A program made the translations under genes and the position numbers. A DNA stretch of 64,000 nt, taken from contig CAXXLZ010000002.1 of NCBI GenBank assembly GCA_963675595.2, forward strand, positions 4,000,001-4,064,000, in the 5' to 3' direction. Positions 58,297 through 64,000 of the stretch are shown piece after piece. Every line of letters begins with the position of its first letter. Within the stretch, counting starts at the first letter, position 1. Under the pieces are notes generated by a model, which saw only the letters and a list, made by a program, of their open reading frames with translations, had not been told where the DNA came from and ran no database searches. This DNA is from Thermodesulfobacteriota bacterium. GTDB taxonomy: Bacteria > Desulfobacterota > Desulfarculia > JACQYL01.

Positions 58297-59292
58297 CTAC
58301 TTCTCGTCCGAAGGGTCCAATGCGAGCCGGAATAAGGCGTCGAATCCGCATTCGACCCGTGGGTCTTCCAACAGCCTTAACGACCGGCGCAATTCCTGGA
58401 GATCCTTTAGCTCAACGGTAAGCTGGAGGTTTTCGGTTTCGAAAGAGGGGGCATGGCGGACCCGAATCGATTTGGGGAGGCCGAGTCCGTGTAATCGGTC
58501 TCGGAATATTTCCTCAGCTTGTGTCAGGCGCGGATGAAGTCGGGCTTTCAGCATTTCCCGAATTCGCTCCGCCTTTTGGGGCGTACTCAATATTTCATTA
58601 TTGAGAACGGCTTGGATTTCCTCATGCCGCGTCAACTCTTCGGCGGAAACGCCGTCTCGTAAGGAAAGGTCCAGCAGGGTTTCCAGCATCTCCTTCTGCC
58701 GGTTCAGATTGAGGTTCAGACAGAGGAGAAAACTGAAGACCGCCTCTCGATATCGTTCGGGAAATTCGTGGAGAAATATAACGGATTCGGCTGAAATACG
58801 GCCTGTCACCAATTCTTCGAGCACCTTATCATGGGAATCGGCGATTTTCAGCATTCGATCCAGCTCTCGCCGATGAGGGTGAAGCGCCAAGGCGGGGAGT
58901 ATCCGCTTGATCACCGTCTCCTCATCGGTGATTTTGAGGAACCTCTCGACGGCCCGCGCTTTCTCGGCCGGATTGAAACCTCGATGGACGAGGTTTTCCC
59001 AAAAGGCGATCTCAAGCCGTTCCAGGGCGTTGAAGGGACGGTCGAGAGCTCGGCAGGGGATGCGGTCGCGACCCAGCGCCGTCCAAGCCTCCAATCTGCG
59101 AAAGCCGCTAAGGATCACAAACCGTTTTTCTTCCCCCGGGCACAGCAGAACAGGCTGGATCAGCCCGATCCGTCGGAGAGATTCCACGAGGGGTTCGATG
59201 GAACGTCCGAAACTGAGTCTGTGTGCGTCCCCGCGAACATCGATCTCGTGCAGGGAGATGTTTTGAACCGGAAGGTCAAGCTGAATATCCAT
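58297..59292 (-). CDS. ParB/Srx N-terminal-domain protein (orphan)
   Basis: LVESLRRIGLIQPV, ILSGFRRLEA, ENL..R.FNPAEKA. Alternative GTG start at 59307. Confidence 0.82.
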   Translation of the reverse strand: MDIQLDLPVQNISLHEIDVRGDAHRLSFGRSIEPLVESLRRIGLIQPVLLCPGEEKRFVILSGFRRLEAWTALGRDRIPCRALDRPFNALERLEIAFWENLVHRGFNPAEKARAVERFLKITDEETVIKRILPALALHPHRRELDRMLKIADSHDKVLEELVTGRISAESVIFLHEFPERYREAVFSFLLCLNLNLNRQKEMLETLLDLSLRDGVSAEELTRHEEIQAVLNNEILSTPQKAERIREMLKARLHPRLTQAEEIFRDRLHGLGLPKSIRVRHAPSFETENLQLTVELKDLQELRRSLRLLEDPRVECGFDALFRLALDPSDEK

Positions 59293-59486
59293 ACCGTACC
59301 TTAACACGGCTGCGCATCGTTCTCCAGACCATCTCGGGTGGGATGAGCCGGAAGGGTCCCTTTCGGCGGGCCTGTGCCGTTACGTCGGGGCGGCGAACGG
59401 AAGGATTCGTGGTTTGCTTCGTCGCGGCGCCGATGCATCGGAAGCTCTTTGTTCGGGCAAAAAAACTGTGATATAGTTAAGTTATC

Positions 59487-60128
59487 ATGGAAATTATTTG
59501 GATTATCGGTGCGGGCAAATTCGGCAAGCTTGCCCTCAAGCGACTTTCGGAACGGAGGAAAGGGACCCGCTTTGTATTAGTGGACCCGGCTAAGGAGAAT
59601 CTTAACGTCGACCAACCGAACTGCGCCGTCGAGACGGCCGACGGTGTGGAATATGTGTGGGCGGAACTGGGAAAAGGCAATGAACCCGAATGGATCATTC
59701 CCGCCCTTCCCGTGCATTTGGCCGCCGAGTGGGCTCTGAAAACCCTGGGACCGGAAGTTCTGGAGCGTGTGCCGATTCCCCCTGAAGTGGATTCCCAACT
59801 CAGGCATCCGCTTAGGGGAGGCAACGGCGACATTTACGTGACACACGCGGACTTTCTCTGTCCGGACGACTGTGCCGAGCCCAGTGAGAACTGTACCGTG
59901 ACCCAGCGCCCTCGCGGCAGGAACATGTTCCAATTGCTCGCCGAGACGTCGGTGCCTCCTTTTCGCCCTCTGGTGATCAGAAGCCGACAATTGGGTCCCG
60001 GAATCGGAGGGTACCGTCCCGGGGACCTTTTTGATCTCTTGGAGCGGATCCGCGCCGTACATGGGAACATTCTGTTGTGTACGGCTTGCAGATGCCACGG
60101 GGTGATAACCGGACTGGAACGGCATTGA
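59487..60128 (+). CDS. Rossmann-fold (TrkA-N-like) Cys-rich hypothetical protein
   Basis: IIGAGKFG, IIPALPVHLA, CPDDC.EP..CTVT, LGPGIGG, TACRCHG. Confidence 0.72.
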   Translation: MEIIWIIGAGKFGKLALKRLSERRKGTRFVLVDPAKENLNVDQPNCAVETADGVEYVWAELGKGNEPEWIIPALPVHLAAEWALKTLGPEVLERVPIPPEVDSQLRHPLRGGNGDIYVTHADFLCPDDCAEPSENCTVTQRPRGRNMFQLLAETSVPPFRPLVIRSRQLGPGIGGYRPGDLFDLLERIRAVHGNILLCTACRCHGVITGLERH

Positions 60129-60222
60129 TGACGGCCGGCCGAGATTTCTCTCCAACAAATCCGGAGTTCTAATTGATAACGGAGTTCTACATGCCGTAAC
60201 GGCAGGTCGGGTTGAGCAGGTG

Positions 60223-61449
60223 ATGAAAACGGAGACGAAGCTGAGGGGAAAGAAGGTCGTTCTTTGCGTCAGTGGTGGAATCGCCGCGTACAAGTCCGCG
60301 TTTCTGACCAGGGAATTGATGAAGAGAGGCGCCTTGGTCAAGGTTGTGATGACTCGTTCCGCCCAAGAGTTTGTCACTCCGTTGACTTTCCGTACGTTGA
60401 CCGAAGAGGAAGTGGTCCTGGACACGTTTCAGGAGACGGCCGGAGAGATACTGCACATCGCATTGGCTCGTTGGGCGGATTTGGTGGTGGTGGCGCCGGC
60501 CACCGCCAATGTCATCGGGAAAATGGCGCTGGGCATTGCGGATGATTTCCTGTCGACGTTCATGCTCGCGGTTCGGGCGCCCATTCTGGTTTGTCCCGCC
60601 ATGAACACCAATATGCTGACTCATCCCGCCGTTGAGAACAATATGGAAACGTTGCGGCAAAGGGGGGTGCGGATTTCGGCTCCCGGAGTCGGGAAGCTGG
60701 CCTGCAAGGAAGAGGGTGCGGGGCGACTGGCGGACGTGTCCGACATCATGGAAGAAATCGAGTGCATGCTCAATCCGCAGGATTTGAAAGGCGTTCGTTT
60801 CCTGATAACGGCAAGTCGTACGGAAGAATATTTTGACCCGGTGCGGTGTTTGACGAATCGTTCGTCGGGCAAGATGGGATTCGCCGTGGCCGTGGCCGCT
60901 CGGCGGAGAGGCGGGGAAGTTTGTCTCATCTCCGGACCGTCGGACGAACCGGATCCCGCCGGCGTGGAGATGGTAAGGGTGGTGAGCGCCCTCGACATGA
61001 GGGAGGCCGTATTGAACCGGTTCGCCGTGAACCATGTGGTGATCAAGGCTGCCGCGGTGTCCGACTTCCGACCGGCGCTCCCGCAGTCGGATCGCAAAAT
61101 CAAGCGCGGAGAGGCTGAACCGTTGATCAGGTTGGAGATGAATCCGGACATCCTGGCGGAGTTGGGGCGCTTGAAGACCCATCAATGCCTGGTGGGATTC
61201 GCCGCGGAGACCACGGACCTCCTGGAGAACGCCATGAGCAAGATTCGGTCGAAACAACTGGATTTCATCGTGGCCAATGATGTTTCCGAGAAGGGAAGCG
61301 GCTTCCGGAGCGAAACAAACCGGGTGAAGATCATTGACCGGGACGGTGCGGTGGAAACGCTTCCAATGATGGACAAGATTGAGGTGGGCCATGAGATTCT
61401 GAGCCGCGTGCGCAGATGGCTCGACCTTGGAAAAGCCGTTTCCGGCTGA
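60223..61449 (+). CDS. coaBC: Bifunctional PPC decarboxylase / PPC synthetase
   Basis: SGGIAAYKS, APATAN, PAMN, LAC..G.GRL, DPVR..TNRSSGKMG, AAAVSDF, VGFAAET. Confidence 0.96.
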   Translation: MKTETKLRGKKVVLCVSGGIAAYKSAFLTRELMKRGALVKVVMTRSAQEFVTPLTFRTLTEEEVVLDTFQETAGEILHIALARWADLVVVAPATANVIGKMALGIADDFLSTFMLAVRAPILVCPAMNTNMLTHPAVENNMETLRQRGVRISAPGVGKLACKEEGAGRLADVSDIMEEIECMLNPQDLKGVRFLITASRTEEYFDPVRCLTNRSSGKMGFAVAVAARRRGGEVCLISGPSDEPDPAGVEMVRVVSALDMREAVLNRFAVNHVVIKAAAVSDFRPALPQSDRKIKRGEAEPLIRLEMNPDILAELGRLKTHQCLVGFAAETTDLLENAMSKIRSKQLDFIVANDVSEKGSGFRSETNRVKIIDRDGAVETLPMMDKIEVGHEILSRVRRWLDLGKAVSG

Positions 61450-61481
61450 ATGACGTTTCTCTATCCCGGCTGAGGGCCCAA

Positions 61482-62165
61482 ATGGATTCCGGAACGAACA
61501 GGCTCCTGCATTTCTATCGGGCCATGGGTGTTCGAGAGCTGTTCATCCCTCCCGACATCATGGAAAGGTTCAGGAATGAAGCCCCGGCGCAAACCGTTTC
61601 GGCTTCCCCGCGGAGCCTGGAAGAGCTGAAGCGGCAATGGGCCGGGTGCACGCGCTGTCGTCTGGCGGAAGGACGAAAGCATCTGGTGTTCGGTGAGGGC
61701 GATCCCAAAGCCCGCCTCATGTTCGTGGGAGAGGGACCGGGCCGTGACGAAGACTTGATGGGAAGGCCTTTCGTGGGGGCTGCGGGCGAGTTGCTGACCA
61801 AAATCATCCAGGCCATGGGATTGGATCGGACCCGGGTATATATCACCAACATCGTTAAGTGCCGACCCCCGAGAAACCGCACGCCTTTCGACGATGAGAT
61901 CGGCGCCTGCGAACCTTGCCTGTTGAGTCAGATCCAGTTGATTCAGCCGGAAATCATCTGTGCGCTGGGGGCACCCGCGGCGCAAACCCTGTTGCATACC
62001 GACGCTCCCATTTCCACCATGAGAGGCCGGTTCCACGACGTCGATGGAATCCGTCTCATGCCCACCTATCATCCGGCCTACCTCCTCAGGACCCCGGCGA
62101 AAAAGCGGGAGGTTTGGGAAGACGTGCAACTCATCATGGGCGCGCTTGGCTTGAATGCCCCTTGA
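61482..62165 (+). CDS. Uracil-DNA glycosylase family 4 (4Fe-4S)
   Basis: CTRCRL, GEGPG..ED..GRPFVG, NIVKCRPP.NR, YHPAYLLR; start uncertain. Confidence 0.93.
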   Translation: MDSGTNRLLHFYRAMGVRELFIPPDIMERFRNEAPAQTVSASPRSLEELKRQWAGCTRCRLAEGRKHLVFGEGDPKARLMFVGEGPGRDEDLMGRPFVGAAGELLTKIIQAMGLDRTRVYITNIVKCRPPRNRTPFDDEIGACEPCLLSQIQLIQPEIICALGAPAAQTLLHTDAPISTMRGRFHDVDGIRLMPTYHPAYLLRTPAKKREVWEDVQLIMGALGLNAP

Positions 62166-63501
62166 TCGGTCGGAGGCCGATTCGATGGGAACTCACAGCG
62201 GCAAAGTCGGACAATTCATAGTGTTCGGTCTGGCACTGGCTTTCGCGCTTTGCACCCCGTGCGCGGCCGAGTCTTCGACACGCGCGGTGCATGTGATGCG
62301 GGTCGTGGGCAGCATCAATCCGGGTGTCGCCATCTTCGTTGAACGGGCCGTGGCAGACGCTGAAGAGGCGGACGCGGAATGCCTGATCATCATGCTGGAT
62401 ACCCCGGGCGGCTTGGCCGATTCCATGCGGGCCATCGTCCAAAGCATGCTGGAATCCACCGTGGTGGTCGTGGTGTATGTGGCACCCGCGGGGGCGAGGG
62501 CGGCCAGCGCCGGAGTGGTGATTACTCTCGCGGCCCACGTGGCGGCCATGGCTCCGGGAACGAATATCGGGGCGGCCCACCCGGTGCCTGCGGGCGGGGG
62601 TAAAATGGATGAGACCATGTCGAAGAAAGTTGAAAACGACATGGTCGCCTATGTCCGAAGCATTGCGGAAGAGAAGGGGCGCAACGCCGACTGGGCGGAA
62701 AAAGCGGTGCGGGAAAGCGTGTCCATCACCGCCGAGGAAGCTCTGAAAAAGAAAGTGGTGGACCTGAGGGCCAACGACCTGGACGATCTACTGAAACAGC
62801 TGGACGGCCGAACCGTGAGTATTTTGTCTGAACGCAAGGTTCTGAAGACTTCGAAGGCCGAAGTGGTCCGGGTGGAGGAAGAACTCAGGGAAAAGATTCT
62901 TCGAACCATTGCCGATCCGAATATCGCGTACATTCTCATGATGTTGGGGTTCGTGGGTCTTTATTTCGAACTTTCGAGCCCGGGAGCCATCTTCCCGGGA
63001 ATCGTCGGAGCCGTGTCCTTGATCCTCGCGTTTTTCGCTTTTCAGACGTTGCCCGTCAACTATGCCGGCATTTTGCTGATTCTGTTGGGGCTTGTTTTGT
63101 TTGTCCTGGAACTCAAGGTGGTGAGTTTCGGGATGCTTACCGTGGGCGGAATTTCGTGCCTGGTATTGGGCTCTCTTTTCCTCTTCAAGGGCGACGACAT
63201 GGGACTGATCCGGGTATCCTGGGGCGTGCTGCTGGCCACGGTGGCCGTGGTCACCCTGTTTTTTACCGTGGTGGTGGGTTTGGTGGTGCGCGCCATGTTG
63301 AGGAAACCCGTCACGGGCTCATCCGGCCTGATGGGTGAGTTGGGCCAAGTCACCCGCACCGCGGCGTCGGGCGAGTTCAAGATTTTCGTTCACGGAGAAA
63401 CGTGGGACGCAGACGGTCCGGAGGACCTCGCCGTGGGCGACAAAGTGGAAGTGACCGAAGTGACGGGGTTGCGCCTGAGAGTCAGGAAAGCGAATCGCTG
63501 A
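62155..63501 (+). CDS. nfeD: NfeD membrane-bound serine protease (ClpP-like, TM and OB domains)
   Basis: LDTPGG, ARAASAG, TNIGAAHP, GRN, TM block, VHGETW. Confidence 0.92.
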   Translation: MPLDRSEADSMGTHSGKVGQFIVFGLALAFALCTPCAAESSTRAVHVMRVVGSINPGVAIFVERAVADAEEADAECLIIMLDTPGGLADSMRAIVQSMLESTVVVVVYVAPAGARAASAGVVITLAAHVAAMAPGTNIGAAHPVPAGGGKMDETMSKKVENDMVAYVRSIAEEKGRNADWAEKAVRESVSITAEEALKKKVVDLRANDLDDLLKQLDGRTVSILSERKVLKTSKAEVVRVEEELREKILRTIADPNIAYILMMLGFVGLYFELSSPGAIFPGIVGAVSLILAFFAFQTLPVNYAGILLILLGLVLFVLELKVVSFGMLTVGGISCLVLGSLFLFKGDDMGLIRVSWGVLLATVAVVTLFFTVVVGLVVRAMLRKPVTGSSGLMGELGQVTRTAASGEFKIFVHGETWDADGPEDLAVGDKVEVTEVTGLRLRVRKANR

Positions 63502-63570
63502 CAGGCGGCGAATCATCGAATACCCGGGTCCGTCACGGCATTGGCGACCCCGGGAAGTGGAGGGTGAAGG

Positions 63571-64000
63571 ATGGCCACGTATATGTTCGGATTGATCCTT
63601 TTCCTGTTGATCATGTTCTTGGCTTCCGCGTTGAAGGTGCTGCGGGAGTACGAAAGGGCGGTGGTGTTTCGTCTCGGGAGACTCATTGCGGCCAAGGGCC
63701 CGGGCCTCATCATACTGATCCCGGTGGTCGATCGTATGGTGAAGGTCAGCCTGAGAATGGTGGCCATGGACGTCCCCCCTCAGGACGTGATCACACGGGA
63801 CAACGTGTCGGTAAAAGTCAACGCCGTGGTTTACTTCAGAGTGATGGAGCCGACCAAAGCCGTGGTCGACGTGGAGGATTATCTCTTCGCCACCTCACAA
63901 CTGGCCCAGACCACGCTGCGAAGCGTTTGCGGCCAGGCCATGATGGACGACCTGCTGTCCGAGAGAGACAAGATCAATCACGAGCTCCAGAGTATTCTGG
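63571..64000 (+). CDS. Stomatin/SPFH (slipin) protein, truncated by the window end
   Basis: Own translation: MATYMFG...[15 protein letters not shown]...[12 protein letters not shown]...[25 protein letters not shown]; follows nfeD. Confidence 0.93.
   Translation, partial: MATYMFGLILFLLIMFLASALKVLREYERAVVFRLGRLIAAKGPGLIILIPVVDRMVKVSLRMVAMDVPPQDVITRDNVSVKVNAVVYFRVMEPTKAVVDVEDYLFATSQLAQTTLRSVCGQAMMDDLLSERDKINHELQSIL

Noticed and set aside
1-64000. tRNA, rRNA, SRP RNA, CRISPR arrays, IS/integrase/phage genes, parS sites and selenocysteine read-through
   Set aside because: None recognised by eye. TGA stops fall at expected family C-termini, and the GGAAGGAAGC near 35541 lies inside lpxL without SRP context. 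A covariance search was not possible.
62155-64000. nfeD-stomatin pair as a novel system
   Set aside because: It is a well-known conserved gene pair

Overview
GC-rich bacterial chromosomal window, almost entirely coding and mostly housekeeping. Gene content (yicC-DUF370-gmk, DUF4416, LpxI, N-terminally extended BamA) suggests a Desulfobacterota/deltaproteobacterium; this is inference. In order it holds: the end of an EPS/PEP-CTERM-type export locus (1-5.4 kb); a hybrid PAS kinase and gpmA; tatD-maf-yggS-glnE; a BtuF-like protein, rhodanese, short DnaJ and citrate synthase; thiolase and SDR; an LPS-core glycosyltransferase/deacetylase cluster; DUF4416-yicC-remA-gmk-rlmB; a ~22 kb minus-strand envelope cluster (lysS, lol, bamA, ompH, lpxD-fabZ-lpxA-lpxI-gnnA-like-lpxB, msbA, waaA, lpxK, lpxL, waaF, waaC, ycaR, WaaL-GT4 fusion); a divergent thymidylate-synthase homologue with dCMP deaminase and MFS; small Cys-rich genes with suhB; a metallopeptidase and orphan ParB; coaBC, UDG, nfeD and a truncated stomatin. 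I saw no rRNA, tRNA, CRISPR array or mobile element. Best leads: (1) a GlnE with GlnD-like ACT domains and apparently reversed AT/AR domain order; (2) a ThyA-fold enzyme lacking the conserved Asp and His-x-Tyr substrate contacts, carrying an insertion and linked to a dCMP deaminase and a transporter; (3) an O-antigen ligase-glycosyltransferase fusion. All family calls come from reading motifs by eye, not from database searches.
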